DNA from: Heptranchias perlo
Lineage: Eukaryota
Direction of reading: 5' to 3'
DNA: 64,000 bases
Assembly: GCF_035084215.1 (NCBI RefSeq)
Contig: NC_090346.1
Span: forward strand, 16,554,001 to 16,618,000
Shown: positions 47,401-61,372 of the stretch, in pieces
How the letters are laid out: each line of letters starts with the position of its first letter
Position numbering within the stretch: the stretch's first letter is position 1
Notes under the pieces: generated by a model
What the model was told of the DNA's origin: nothing
What the model saw: the letters and a program-made list of their open reading frames with translations, nothing else
Databases searched by the model: none
Program-made: the position numbers and the translations under genes

Positions 47401-50400
47401 AAAGTGTCACTGACGGCACTGTCTTTTGGAAGTTGGCACAGAGGCTCCCCAGTAGTGTGTGGATATTTTCAGGGGGCCCTACAGGGTGACAGTAGTTGCA
47501 GTGGGTCTCCAGACAAATGTTTGAAAAGCCGTTACTTTGGATACGAGGTGGATTTGTGATCCTGCCCTGGTGCTGCACTATAACTGCTGCAAGGTGAAAT
47601 CGTCGTGTCCGAGCAGTCACCTGCTCTGTTTACCCCCGCTCACCTCTCTTTCTACCCCCCCACATTCTGTTTTTGGGGAAATACAAAGCCTTTCACTCAG
47701 CAGGTCTGCAGAGTGCGAGAATTTGATTTGTAGTGAATCGTGGACATGAATTAGCACCCAACTGCTTGTGTGCTGTGCAGCTTTTTAACAAATGAAAGTT
47801 ATTGTTGGTACAAGTTTAATTCTGTCTTTCTGTGCCGTGTTTTTGTTTAAACTGCGAGTACTGATGACTTCACTGGGGAAGTAGTGGATTGAAAGGGTTC
47901 CTCAGGCTGATTTTAACTTGCATGGTTGAAACTGAAACACCCTTGGGTAATGATTTATATCACTGGTGTTAATTTAACTCCCTGGTACAGGTCCCTGAAA
48001 GATATCAGCACTCGTGGTTTAAAATAAAAAATATTACATACAAATAGGATGTTATTAGTTAATTATTCTGTATTTTAAAAAAAATAGACTGCTGATGGCA
48101 ATAATGTGAAATGAAAATTGGTGATTGTGCTACATTTTTGGAGGTTGTTGGACCTGAAATTGGCCACAATCTTTCCTCTGGAAAGCAGTGCAAACTATAT
48201 GTGATTTGGAAATTGACACACCAGCACCTATTTAAAAACATGTCATTAGCATCCAGTGCTGCTTCAGGACAAATTTTATCTCTTTCACTGTCCTGTTCTT
48301 TCCCTCCCCCCACCCACAACCCACTAACTCATTGGATCCTCCCTTTGTATTTGTTATTGCATCATTTCAACTTGAATGTAATATTTTTAAATTGCTGGCT
48401 TCATGCACAACGTGTATGCACAGGCCCTTCCTATCCCATAAATGTGTGCCATTCAGCTACTCTGCTGAGTGCGAACAATATCGTCCAGGTAATTTCATTC
48501 AACGTGGCCTCCTGAATCTGAAAGTACTGAGCCTGGATAATGTTACCGGGTGTGGGGGTGACTGTGGCGCAGTTGTTAAAACTCTTCGCTACTAAATGGC
48601 CACTCCTGAGGTTGGGCATGGAAGATGAGAAGAACTCTTTTCCCTGAAAGCCTAGGAGCAAATAGATAAAGCTGTGTGACCCGTCTGCACTTGGGATCTG
48701 ACCTCCTGCCGTTCTTACTAGTTGGGGATTGCCCCATAGTCATTTGTTTTGAATTTTCTGAGCACAGGTGCTGCTTTCATACGGTGCTGCAGGTACTAGA
48801 GGAGCAACGTTCCTTAAGTTACAGATTCCTTGCATGCAAAAGGGTGTATCAGGGAGAATGTCGTCCCCTTGTGCAATTAAATATAAAGATATAAAGTTAC
48901 AATATTTGGTTCTAAGTGCCGTTTTACAGAATGGTTTGAATAGAGGCTATTTTTTCGAAAGCTGCTGTGCTTGTCCTTGACTTCTTGGCTGATCAGCACT
49001 CTTACTGCTGCCCTCCACTGTCCTACAAGTTCAAGGATACTCTAGTGGCTTTTGCAGCATGAAACACTTTCAAATTGCAAGCTGATATGAAAAGCGATAG
49101 TTACTAATTGCAGCCTGTACTCAAATTTAAAATGTTTGTGCTTTTGTCCCGACCTATGAATTCAGTTCACTACCCCATGGTGTTCTAGCTGCCTCTCTGC
49201 GGGATCGTGGTTATAGATCTGGGAAGCTTTTTAAATTTTTATGTTCTCCCCAACTTGTATTTACGAATATATAAAGCTTTCATAGCACATTCTCTTCAAC
49301 TCCAAAACTCCTGCCCAATTTTTAAAAAATTGCCGTGTCTCTTTAATTGGAGTCTTTCGACAGAACGTTACTTAAGTATTTCAAGTGCTACAGGGCTGGT
49401 CCAGGGCACTGTGGAAAACTCTGTTTGGACCTGAGAGATAAATTAAATGCAGAAATACAGCTTTTTACCACTAGTTGGAGTGGTAATTTGAACAGGTATC
49501 AGTGATCCCCAGAAGAGCTGCCTTGAAAGGATTACCTTTCCCTGATGTAAATGGCTGTTGTACTTTTTTTTAGCTGGTCTGTCTTCTTGCCCCATTCCAT
49601 TCTTTTCCCCCTCCCCCCCTGACTTCTCTCAATATTGTGACAGATGGTTCCTGCTCCCCATCACTTTGTGCTCAGTTTACTGCATTATGTGCAGCATTGT
49701 TTTATTAATAGATCCTCAAAACTTTGAGAAATGTTTTTCTGCATATGAGGATGCGACTGGGTCTCTTTCCCCCCCCCCCCCCCCCCCCCAACTCCCTGGT
49801 CTTGCTAGCTCAGGTGCCACCAGCCCCCTACTGCTAGTTTTTACCAGTGATGATTTCTAGATGGGACAGAGTGATGCCTGGTGATTCCCCTTTCTACACT
49901 CTGTGCCTTAATTCCCTACAGCATTTTTTTAAAGATTAGGCCAGGTTGGTTTGTGGGAGAGGTAAAGGTAATCCAACCTGGGTACCTCCACTCCATGATG
50001 CTGCACCAATCAACAGAAGTGCCTCTACAGATTCCTTTATTAAAAATCTCATTTCCAAAGCCTTGCTGTTGGTGACCCGAATCAGCCATGGCTTATCTAA
50101 ATTCATGGCACCTGTGAGCATGGTGCCAAGATTCACTCTCAAAATTGGGTGTAAAATCCATTTTCTCAATTTTTATGGCTCATTTATCAGAATGGAATGT
50201 TGGTGTATTTTTCACATCTCTTCAAACCTGAGTTTTAATCTGTTGAAGGAGATCTATATATGACCGTGAGCTTGTGTGCACCGTCCCAGGTATATGTTCA
50301 ATCTGTTTCCATTTACGACCTCGTTCAGAATCCCAGTCAATGCTGTGAATACAAAGGGACCCTTCTGGTGTGCTTAACTTGTTTTTTTTTGCTCCCAGTG

Positions 50401-50904
50401 GAGCTAGAGCTGCATACTCATATATCTTTTGGGACTTTTAATGAGAGTGTACAGACTTAGTTTATCATGCCATGCTGTTTAAAACTGCCAACTGGCTCCA
50501 ATTGTAAAATCAAATCCTGTAACAGCCTATACTTTTATAACTATAAGTGGAGTACTTGATTGGTTGTTGAGCCTCTGCTGCTGTGTAGCTCAAGTTGTCT
50601 TAGCCTGACTTTCCTCCCTGCTTCTTGGGCAGTGCCTCCCCACAATGGCATGTTAGGCACTTGCTGTGTGGGAATCATAACACTCACCGCTCCTATTCTA
50701 ATACACCCTGTTGTAGGTCCCGTGTACCACCTCTGTCTGAATGTCTTTCAGAATCCATTGATTTCTGGGGGATATTTCCTCCTCTTCAAGGGGCACATAT
50801 AGGTCCACATTCTGTAGTGGGGCAGGTGGAGGGCGGGAAGCGAAGGTGGAGCTTCATGTCAGTGAAATAAACGGCTTTGTAGTAGTCAGCATCCTGATTT
50901 TTTA

Positions 50905-51255
50905 AAAATTCATTCTCGGGATGTGGGTGTCACTGGCAAGGCTGGCAAATATTGCCCATTCCTAGTTGCCCTTGACAAGGTGATGATGGGCCGTCTTCTT
51001 GAAGCAGCTTGCTAGGCTACTTCAGAGGGCAGTTGAGAGTCAACCATGTTGGTGTGGGACTGGAGTCACATATAGGCCCAGACCGGGTAAGGACGGCAGG
51101 TTTCCTTCCCTCAGGGACATTAGTGAACAAGTTGGGTTTTTATGATAATCTGACAGCTTCATGGTCCCAGTTGTTTTTCTCAAACTGCCATGGTGGATTT
51201 GGCCTCCAGTTGTCTCTAGATTATTAGTCCAGTAACATAACCACTGCACTACCAT
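50905..51255 (-). mobile_element. tRNA-derived SINE, separate family
   Basis: head ...ggttatgttactggactaataatc; tail shared with 21090-21175 and 25120-25197. Confidence 0.55.
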
Positions 51256-52147
51256 ACCCCAATGAGGGAAAGTAGTGTTGAGCGAGTTTCTCCCTGCAGT
51301 TTTCTGTTCCCAACCTCTCCTGAAGGTGCTAATACCTGTGTGGGAGTGAGTCCATGGGTGTGGGTGCCCTCTGCTTCATCATCCAAGTGTCCATTCTTCA
51401 TCTGTGAGGCTGGACCAGTATTTGCAGGTTGTTTGACCACTGGCATCGTAAGTAATTCTGATCCTGATCAGGTTTTGTTGGGAGCAGAAACTGGCCGTTT
51501 TTTTTACACTTCCTATCCCCGTACCCTCCCACCCTGGCCCTTTGGTGGCACTGACACCAGTTATAGTGATCAGCTAACTCATCATAGGCTGGGGATCCAA
51601 TCTGAAACCTGCCTGGTTTTTACAACTCAGCAACTGAAACTCGCTGAGCCATCTGGGAGAGCGGTGTCGAGGCATTGTATAAAAAAGAAGTATAATGAAC
51701 TGGAACCCTCCAGAAAACAGCTGTTGCCTTCACGCAGTGTAACGTTGCAAATGAATTTTGAAGGAATGACAAAGAACGTTTTGATTCTGTAGGTTTGTAG
51801 AGATGGCTGCTGCTTGGACAGATGCTTTTCTTGTTCGTTTTGTTTTTTAAAAACCCACAAATTGTGAGGCTGATTATGGGAGTATTGCTGAAGGTAGTTT
51901 ACTCCTGTACTGCAGTATCATGAGGAACAACGTAATGAAATGCATCTTATTTTACAGGACACTGTTCTAAGGAATTTGTAGTGTGTGTTCTCATTCTTAC
52001 AATTTCATAATCTCTGGAAAGGATGTTAGACTGATGGCAATCTTGGAAAATGTAACTGCATAAGTGTCAACCTAGGTTGGTTGGTAGCACACTTTCCAGA
52101 GTCTGACGGCTGTGGTTTTAAGCCCTAGTTCATGATTTGAGCATATA

Positions 52148-52363
52148 AAATAAAAACAGAAAATGCTGGAAACACTCAGCTGGTCAGGCAGCATCCGTGG
52201 AGAGAGGAATTTAGGGTCAACATTTCAGGTTGATGACCTCTTCTCAGAACTGGAGAGGATCATCGACCTAGAACGTTAGCCCTTCTTTCCACAGACACTG
52301 CCTGACCTGTTGAGGGACTCTAGCATTTTCTGTTTCTATTTCCGATTTCTAGCATCTGCAGTA
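52148..52363. mobile_element. Older palindromic element of a second family, inserted into a DeuSINE
   Basis: arms aaacagaaaatgctgga...caggcagc / actgcctgacc...agcattttctgttt; related degenerate copy at ~56067-56250. Confidence 0.65.
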
Positions 52364-53074
52364 CGATCTATGCTTCCACGTCAGTGCAGTACTGAGGGCG
52401 TGCTGCATGGTTGGAGATGTCATTCCTGAGAGGAGGCATTAAACCGAGTCCCCATCTGCCTGTTAGATTAATTTAGGGGAACGTTGAAGATCCCAAGGCA
52501 ATATTTGAAGAGCAGGGAGTTCTCCAACATTGCTCCCTCCTCTGACATCATGTTTTTAAAAAAAACTATCTATTCATCTCATTGCTGTTGGTGGGATCTT
52601 GCTCTGTGCAAAATGGCTGCAGCATTTTCTCACTTAGGTGACTGTGTTAAGTGCTTTGGGTTGGTGGAGAAATGTAATGCAGCCCTATATAAATGATAGT
52701 GTTTTTAAGTGCAATAGTGTAGTTCATGGATGTATTTATTTTCTATCTGTCGTCATAAATTCTTTGTCTTGTAATGCATAAGCTGACTCTTGGCATTTGA
52801 ATTGAAAGCCAGCAGGGTAAGATTTCATCTTTATATTCAACGGCACAATAACTACTTCCCACATTCTGCCTGAATGATGCTGTGTGCATGTGCAGTGTGA
52901 TGGGGACCCAAATTGTTGAGAGGATCTTTCTTAAAAACTCTTATGCTGTGAATTGGGACTTGGAACAAAATCCAGATTGGAATTTCAGCAGAAATCTTGA
53001 TTGGGGAACAGCTGCCATGATTAGTGATTGTCATTTAAAATAATTGAACGTTTTTGGAGTGAGTTTTTTTTTGG

Positions 53075-53563
53075 GTCAGCTGAGCGTCTCCGCAAACTCT
53101 GTTCTCTTGCCACCAATTCTATCGCCTTCTCTGGTTTCTGTCTCGTGTTGAACTAGACTGTTCGCAACCTGAGTGCCTAATTCGATCACGAGCTCAGCTT
53201 CCCACCCCACATCCTCTCCGTCATAAAGGCATCCTGCTTCCACTAATATCGCCCGTTTCCGCCCCTGCCCTACTGAAACCCTCTTCCATGCCTTTGTCAC
53301 CTCCAGACTTAACTATTCCAGTGCTCTCCTAGCCGGCCTCTCTCCCTCCACCCTCCATAAACTTGAGCTCATCAAAATTGCTGCTGCTTGTATCCTAACT
53401 CGCACAAAGTCTCGTTATAAGACCTTTCATGAAACCCACCTCTTTGACCAAGCTTTTGGTCACTCCTCCTTTGGCTCAGTGTTGATTTTTGTCTGTTTAT
53501 GCTTCTATGAAGCACGGTGGGACATTTTTCTATGTTAAAGGTGCTGCATAAATACAAGTTGTC
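53075..53563 (+). mobile_element. L2 LINE fragment with internal deletion
   Basis: catgcctttgtcacctccagact..., L2 tail. Confidence 0.65.
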
Positions 53564-56500
53564 TGAGATACACATTTGAGCCTCTAGCCCAAGTTACTGA
53601 GAAATCCCCACAGGTAGAGTTTCTGTTAGCTCGTTAGAGTGCACACTGCTTTCATAGTGCGGGACGGTAAGAGCTAATGCTTGGGGAGCTGTGTGTGTAC
53701 AGAGGTGCTGTTGGAGTTTATTGAGCTAAAACCATGTAAAGTACCAGCACATAATGCTGTAAGCTTTATGTTGATAGTCACCCTACCCTTTAGAGCACTG
53801 GCTTGCAGGTTTATCAGGAACTGATTGGGAAGAATCTTAGGCCCCAGTGATGTGTTTGTCCCCCTAGGTCCCATCAGTGAGCCAGGTTATGGGGTCAACA
53901 ATGATTCCTGAAGACCTGCCAAGTTGAGGGTGCGCGTTACCGAGTCTGCCACACAAGGTTCATCTGGTTCCAATCTCCCATTGCCAGATATCATCTTGCA
54001 ACCAATTCAGTTTCAAATAGATCCTATTTGTCTCTTTCCTGCCCTCCCCCAACTCTCCCAGAAGAATAGTTAATAGTTATGGAGGGAATCATAGAAAAAT
54101 TGCTGATGGCATGAATTCTATTTTAGAAGTTGTCATTGCAAGTGATTCTCATGTTAGTTTATTTAGTGATTGATTGTGCCTGATCTGGTTGGTCACAAGA
54201 AAACTTTCTATATCTGGACTTGTGATTCAGTACATGAGAAAAGCTGATTTTTGGAGGGGATAAATTGTATTGAAGTATGATGGGATATTGTCTGTATTTT
54301 TCTCTCCCCAGTTGATTTTAATTGCATCAAAAATGAAATCTACGGGCGAAGCTTGAAATGTCAATGGAGGGAAGGAAAGTGAATTTGAAGCAAGCCCAGT
54401 CCAGTGTTTCTATATTTGGATGGCTCCATCACAAACATCCGCTGCAAATTTAGGAAGCGTCTAGTTGACAATTTCTCATTTCAGAAAAACAATTCGTGGA
54501 AACTTTAAAGAGAGAGCCTTTCCATTTGGATTTCTTTTTGGAAGACGTTGGATGATGACATAGAATTAGCAATATTAACATCCGGTCGTTTGCCTTCGAT
54601 GGATATATTGAGACTGCTTCGCAAAAACTTAGCAACAGCTGTGTAACTTTTCAGCAATTCTTCAGTGGAAATTTGGTTTATAAAACTGCTTTCATCAGTT
54701 ACTTGAAGCAAAGCTAGAAGGGGCACTTGCCTTAAATTTGTTCCTGTGTAGTTTCTTTCTCTTTTCTCCTCCAGGAAAAATAATGCACTGCAGCATGCTA
54801 GGTGCCCCAAATCCCGAAATATAGCTAGTGTAAACCAACAGCACCAGGCGTCCTACTGTGGGACACTGTGGAGGGGCCCGGGGTGGGGGGGGGGAGCTTC
54901 ATAGAACAACCAAATGTGGCTGTGATGTTAATGGGATGACCGAGTTAGTGTAACACACAAACAGATACTATCACAACCTGCCTTTTCTTTTCTCTAGAAG
55001 GATATGCTAATAGGGTTAGATGAAGTAAGGTGAGAGGAGGCTTGTATGGAACTTAAACATCGGTTGGGCCTAATGGCCTTTTTCTGTGCTGTAAATTCTA
55101 TGTAATTCACAGATGCTGATGGGCCTACTGTGTATTTCCAGCATTTTCTGTTTTTTTTTTATTACCAGCATTTCCAATTTTCCCGTTTTTATTTCAAAAT
55201 ATCACATGTTGCATGTTGGAATATGGTTTCATTTTAATCGGTTGGATATTATGTCTGCGTTGGTAACTCATGACCTGCCCGCTTGCCATTTCTGATGGAT
55301 TGAAATGTGATTTGCTGCAGTGAAACTAAGGTCATGGCACAAACAATACCCTGTATTCACCCTGCACACGCAGGGAACCTACAGAGCCCATTTGGAGACG
55401 GCTCAAGTTTTTTTAGGGGTGGTTCTGTTTACTGGAAAAAGATGTCCCATAATACTCTCAATGTGGAAGAGGGCGGGAAGTCCCAGGTTTCGTCCCTGGT
55501 CTGTGTTGAATGTGCTGAAATCAGCGTGGGGAGTGCTTGGAGATTACAGTTGGGCTTTTGGTGCTCAGGCTGGGGAAGGGGGAGGCGGAAATCTGCCAGG
55601 GTTCCTTCACCCTCCTGATCATTCATCTAATCCTGTCCTCACCACACATGCATGGAGGGTGTCCAGTTCTTGTCGATCTGCACCCCAGCATGTGAAGCTT
55701 CAGGAAAGGAAATTAACTTCCCTTTGACTATTGGAATGACACATATAATAGACTGACCTGGCCAGACATGAGCCCAGGAGTGGAAGAGGAAAACATGATT
55801 GTATTGTTTCCATTTTATTTAATCTCTCCTAGTTGACAATAGCTGGTAATCTTCTGATGTGACGTGATTTCTTTTCACCAGAGGGCTGTGGCTGAACATT
55901 GTGCGGCTTCGGTACACAGTTGATTTTCAGGTTTGGCATGGTGCTGTCTGTTATCTGAAGATCGAAAACTTATTCTAAAACTTTGACTTCTCTGGGGTTT
56001 TATTTGTAATTTTTTTGGTTTTGATTAAACATTTCAAATAAAAATGGTGGTCGGGGGGCGGGGGACAGAACTGCAGATGCTGGAAATCTGAAACTAGAAC
56101 AAATGGCTGGAACTGCACCAGGTCTGTCCACATCTGTAGAGAGTTATTGTTTGAGGTGTAACCTTTTTGACAGAACTGAAAACAGACAAAGGATCGCACC
56201 TAAAACGTTACTTTTTTCCCAAAGATGCTAATGGACCTGTTTATGTATTTAATTGTTCTAAAGTTGTGTGTAGCTTTGAGCCAACTGGGCAGCAGTGTGT
56301 GATCTGTAGGTTTGAGGAGCTTTTGTTCGGTGTAATTCAGTAATGTGGCGCATCTGTGTTTAATAAATCCAATTTGTGCATTCTTTTTGTCCGCTCTACT
56401 TGAAACAGCAGCAGCTGTGATGAGTTGTTGTGCAGTTTAAGTCTTCGTACCAGCTGTACCCACAGTTCAACTCCCCAACTCCCCAACCCCCACCTCCCAC

Positions 56501-57179
56501 CAATGTTGTCTTAAGTCGTACTCTTGGAAGGAAAGAAAAAAGTGAGAAAGAAAAAGTGAGAATATCCTGAGTTTAGGAATTTAATCCAGGAACTGAGCCT
56601 GAGTTCACCAGCACAGTGAGGACAGTGAGCCCTTCTGAAAATGCACTCATTGCAGAGTTTAAAGGATAAACAGTAAATGGCCAAATCTCGCTGACATCAG
56701 TGATTCCAACATTTTTCTTTAGGTCCCTCTACTTGAATGCCAGGGGGAGAATAGAACCTAGTGAAAGGTAAATTTAAGGCTTGGTCAGTGACTAGTTTGT
56801 CACACAGTGATCCGTGTGTGGAGCAGTCTTCAGGGTAGGGCCATGAATGCAAAATCCCTGGAATAATTTTTTAAAAAAAACATTGACTGTTATAAAGGGA
56901 GATATCAAGTTCTTTCTGAATGGATGAACTCTGAGGGGCCAAATAGTTTTCCTCACTAATATCTCTTTTGTGAGGTTGATAATTGAGGAATCTGAATTGC
57001 AGATGCTTTAAGCCTTTTTTTTAAACATCTACTTGGGCGGGGGCACTGAAGAGGATGTCAATCAGTGAAGTTTAGTCTAGGTTTGTGGAGAGCTGTACCA
57101 ATTGATGTGTAATTGCATGGTCAGAAAACTCTGTGCACTCACTCTCATTTAAGGCTTTGATCTTTGCTGCAAGACTGTT

Positions 57180-58270
57180 AGAATCATAGAATCCTAGAGC
57201 ACAGAAGGTGGTCATTCGGCCCGTTGTGCAAGTGCCGGCTCTTTGAAAGAGCTGTCCAATTTAGTGCCACACCCCAGCTTTTTCCCCATAATCCTGCAAA
57301 TTAGTCCTCTTCAAGTACATGTCCAATTGTCTTTTAAAAGTTCCTATGCAATCACCTTCCACCACCCTTTCAGGTAGTGCGTTCCAGATCTTAACAGCCT
57401 CATTTCCCCTCTAGTTCTTTTGCCAATTATTTTAAATCTACGACCTCTGGTTACTGACCAGTTTGTCAGAGGAAACAGTTTCTCCCTATTTGCTCTATCA
57501 AAATCCCTCATAATTTTGAATATCTCTCCCCTTACCCTTCTTTGCTCTAAGGAGAACAATCCCAGCTTCTCCAATCTCTCCATGACTGAAGTCCACCATC
57601 CTGGTAAACCTCCTCTGTAACCTCTTCAAGACCTTGACATCCTTCCTAAAGTATGATGTGCAGAATTGTACACAATATTCCATCTGAGGCCCAACTGGTG
57701 ATTTGTAAAGGTTTAACATGACTTCCTTGTTTTTGTATTCAATGCCCCTGTTTACAGATAGTAGCCATGATGTGGAGACTCGCTCACCTGACGAAGGAGA
57801 AAGCCTCCGAAAGCTTATGATTTTCAAATAAAACAGTTGGACTATAACCTGGTGTTGTAAGATTCCTTACACCTGTTTACAGAGCCAAGTATCCCATATG
57901 CTTTCTCAACCTCCTTATCAACTTGCCCTGCCTCTTTCAAAGATTTGTGAATATGCACCCCCCAGGTCCCTCTTCTCTTGCACTCCCTCAAAATTGTACC
58001 ATTTAGATTATACTGCCTCTCCATGTTGTTCCTCCCAAATTGCATCACTTCACACTTATCTGCATTAAATTGTATCTGCCCATTTCACCAGTCTGTTTAT
58101 GTCACCAACTGTTTACTACGTTGCCAAGTTTTGTATCACCCGCAAACTTTGAAATCGTACTCCCTATTCCCAAGTCCAGGTCATTTATATGTAACAAGAA
58201 AAGCAATGGTCCTAATACCAACTCCAGTCAGAAAAACATCCGTTCACCACCACTCTGCTTCCTATCCCGT
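57180..58270 (-). mobile_element. Decayed CR1 fragment
   Basis: RLEKLGLFSLEQRR, EYCVQF; interrupted by the PLE mini-element. Confidence 0.82.
57759..57871. mobile_element. 113-bp PLE mini-element nested in a CR1 fragment
   Basis: ~20 nt antisense tail then a sense hammerhead-like motif at 57784-57820; 12-bp TSD cctgtttacaga at 57747-57758 and 57872-57883. Confidence 0.85.
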
Positions 58271-60789
58271 AACCAATTACGTACCCAAGTTACTGTCTTG
58301 ACTCATCATAATCTCCCCAAAAAAGTATTCTGATCATTGCAGATATAATCAGCAATTCAGTTTTATACATGGCAGTAAAATTCTTAGTGCAAAGTATAAA
58401 ATCTAGCATTGTGATTCTTGCAATGGTTCACAGCTCATTCTAGCAGAGGTACTGTTGGTGCAGCTGGATTTAGTGACTCCTGTATTTATCAATGAGTTGA
58501 GACTAGAATTCTTGTGCCTCTTTGCCCTTAACAGCATTATTGTGGATGTTTTCATTTGTCCTTTTCTCCTCCCCTGTTACCCGTGTGTCATAAATTCATG
58601 TTGCATGATTAAAGATTGAATGTGTTATATTGTTTCAGATTTCAAAAATCTATCTTTGTTCTCTGTGCCACGCATGTTCCTTGGTTAAAGATCACCTACT
58701 CCAGGCATCTTTATGATGTGTTTTGGGTAGAGGCATATTTTAAGGGAAGCAGGACGAGCAGGAACCTGTACGGAGTCACTAGGTGGAAGTGCATCAGTTC
58801 TGGCTTAAGATGTTAGCAAACCATCAGTGTTGAAAATGTCCCCAACTGGTTAAAACTTATGCTGAGAAGCTAACTAGCACACTGGGAAAATGGGCTGCTC
58901 ACTGATCCTGAGTGAAGATCCGGTACTGTGTGCAGCTGATGACATCTGGAAAGATTTAAATATGTCTTGTTCTTGGCTGGGACCTTCTAATGACTATCTC
59001 CCTCAGATGGGTTTGTTCAACCTGAATAGGATGTGTTTTAAATTGATGATTATTTTGGAGCACTCCCCTTTGTGTCTCTACCCATTTTTATGAACCCTGT
59101 CTGCTCTCTTTCCTTTTCCTGATGGAGTGTGGTTGCAGAGAAGACTTGGAACAGTCCTGTCAGAATGCTGCTAAACTTCGAAAGAGTCCTCACTCCTCAG
59201 AAAGTCAGGTTCTAAGTATAACTTGAAGATCTGATGGAGCTTCCTTTGTGTCTGAGCAGATGTAGTCGAAGAAAAATTGCATTTTGTAGTGCTTTCAACA
59301 AGTAGTGGTGTCTTAAAGTGCTTCCCAGAGTGAATTAAATTTTAAAATGCAGTAATTAATCATGGGCAGATGCAGCAGTAATTCTGTGCCAATGATGTCC
59401 CATAGATGCTGAAAAGGAGTGAAACGTGCTGGACAGTCAAAAGTTGAGTAAAAGCACTCCAAAATGGAGGTGAACAAAATGAAATGTGAATGGGAGAAAC
59501 TAGCAGGCAAATGAGAGAAACAGCTAAGGTGTGGTGTTGCTGAAGGAAATGTTTAGACTAGAAGGGGGCCATGAGAAAGATGAGTTGCTGTGATTGTCTC
59601 CTCTCCTGTAGGAGCTGACTGATGCCGTAATATTATCACTAAGCTTCTTTACTGATGCCAATACGCTGTAGGAAAGCCACAATAAAGCCAATGTGCTTTG
59701 GTAACCCGCGCCAGTTTGATGGTCTGTGTACATGGACCCCCCACCCCCATGGGACTGCTGTCCTGGGTAGGAATTGTTCATTTGAAGCACCTTGCAGATA
59801 TCGCCATAGTTTAGTGATTCACGTGTAGCATAATAAACTAAGGGTGTCTGTTTTGAAATGTTTGTGGTAATTTTCCGTGATCCTTATAATGCATGGCTTC
59901 ATCCTCCTCCTGGGCAGTTGGTAAGAAAGATGTCTACTATCTTGTTCACATCAATCGATACTTAACTTGTTTCAGTTTGTACTATTTGACATTTTTCTTC
60001 AGTATATTTACCATCATCTGACCTCTAATGAATGGCTGTTTCTCTAAGCTATGTTTGCTGTATGTTCTCCACTCATTTTCAGCCCTGTGACTATCAGATT
60101 GCAGCTATTCTCATCCAGCTGGAAGGTCATCATAGCCCGTCCATTGAGAAAAATCCTACATTTGTCCTCTTCCCTTCCCCTGGCACCAATCATAGCATCC
60201 AACTGGCTCTTAAACGATACTAGGGGTTTTACCTTCGCCATCTTATCTGGAAATCTATTCCACTTTCTGACATCAGTCCTAAATTTGTCTTTAACTAGTT
60301 TGAACTTCTGTTCTCTTGTCGTACTGTCATGTTTTGAAATAGTGTTCTGGATCTGATGTTATCTAAACTCTTTGAGATCACCGGTCAGTCTCCTCCTTTC
60401 AAAGCTGAAAAGCCCACATTTCTCCAGTCTTTCTTCGTAACTCAGTCGTGTGGATGCTAGAGATTAGTCTCGTGGCTCTTCTTTACATAGTCCCCAGGGC
60501 TTTCTAATTTTCTATTCTACAGTTGCCTTGAGCAGTGGAAAATTATCAGTGCACCAGTCCCTGCAGCTGTTCAGAAAAGTAAATGGTCATCTCTTGCTGC
60601 AGAAAAATTCATTGTCATTCAGCTCACCCTGGAGTCTGAACTGTGCTTATCAGAAAAAAATGAAACAAAGTTCTTCTGCCCAGTTGTCTGTTTATAAATG
60701 CATTACATGGTATGTAACCCTGCAAACTGGTGCGTGCAAAAACCCCTCACCACCTCACCATCTCAAGAACAGACATGTAAAAAAAAACA

Positions 60790-61372
60790 GTATTGAATCG
60801 TCCTCCTCTGCCCATCACTGCTGAAACCCTCATCAATACCATTGCCACCTCCAGAGATCACTCCAATGCTCTCCTTGTTTGTTGCCTGAGTTCCGCAAAT
60901 TACAACTTTTCCAAAACTCTGCCTCCCACGTTCTATTCTAAACTAAGTCCCATTCCCCTATCAAATCTGTCCCTGGCAACCTTTTGTTCCATGTCTCCCA
61001 TTGGTTTCAAATTCTTGTCCTCATCTACAAGTTCCTCCATGGTTTCACTCCTCCTCACCTCTGTTACCTGCTTCAGTCTTGTGTCCCAGCATGCCCTTCT
61101 GACTCTGGCCCCTTTTGCATAGCTGACCCCTGTGCTCCATCTTTGAGAGCAGTGTCATCAGTTGTCTCGGTCCCCTGCTCTGGAATGTACCCTGTAAACC
61201 CCTCTGCCTTGCTATCCCTCCACTGTCCCTGCAAAAATCTCCTTAAAATTTTTCTCCTTGGTCACTACCCCATACCCTTCACTGCTCACCCTTCACCACT
61301 CGATGTCTGATATATACCTTTTGTGCTTTGGGATGTTTTGTTATGTTGAAGGGACTATGAAAGTGCAAGTTG
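60790..61372 (+). mobile_element. Old L2 fragment
   Basis: degenerate similarity to the other L2 ends. Confidence 0.6.

Noticed and set aside
54760-54805. Possible USP31 exon 2 (ctcctccag then KNNALQHA)
   Set aside because: Wrong phase for the exon 1 donor and lacks the expected QHDAQEFL motif; exon 2 was not found in the window
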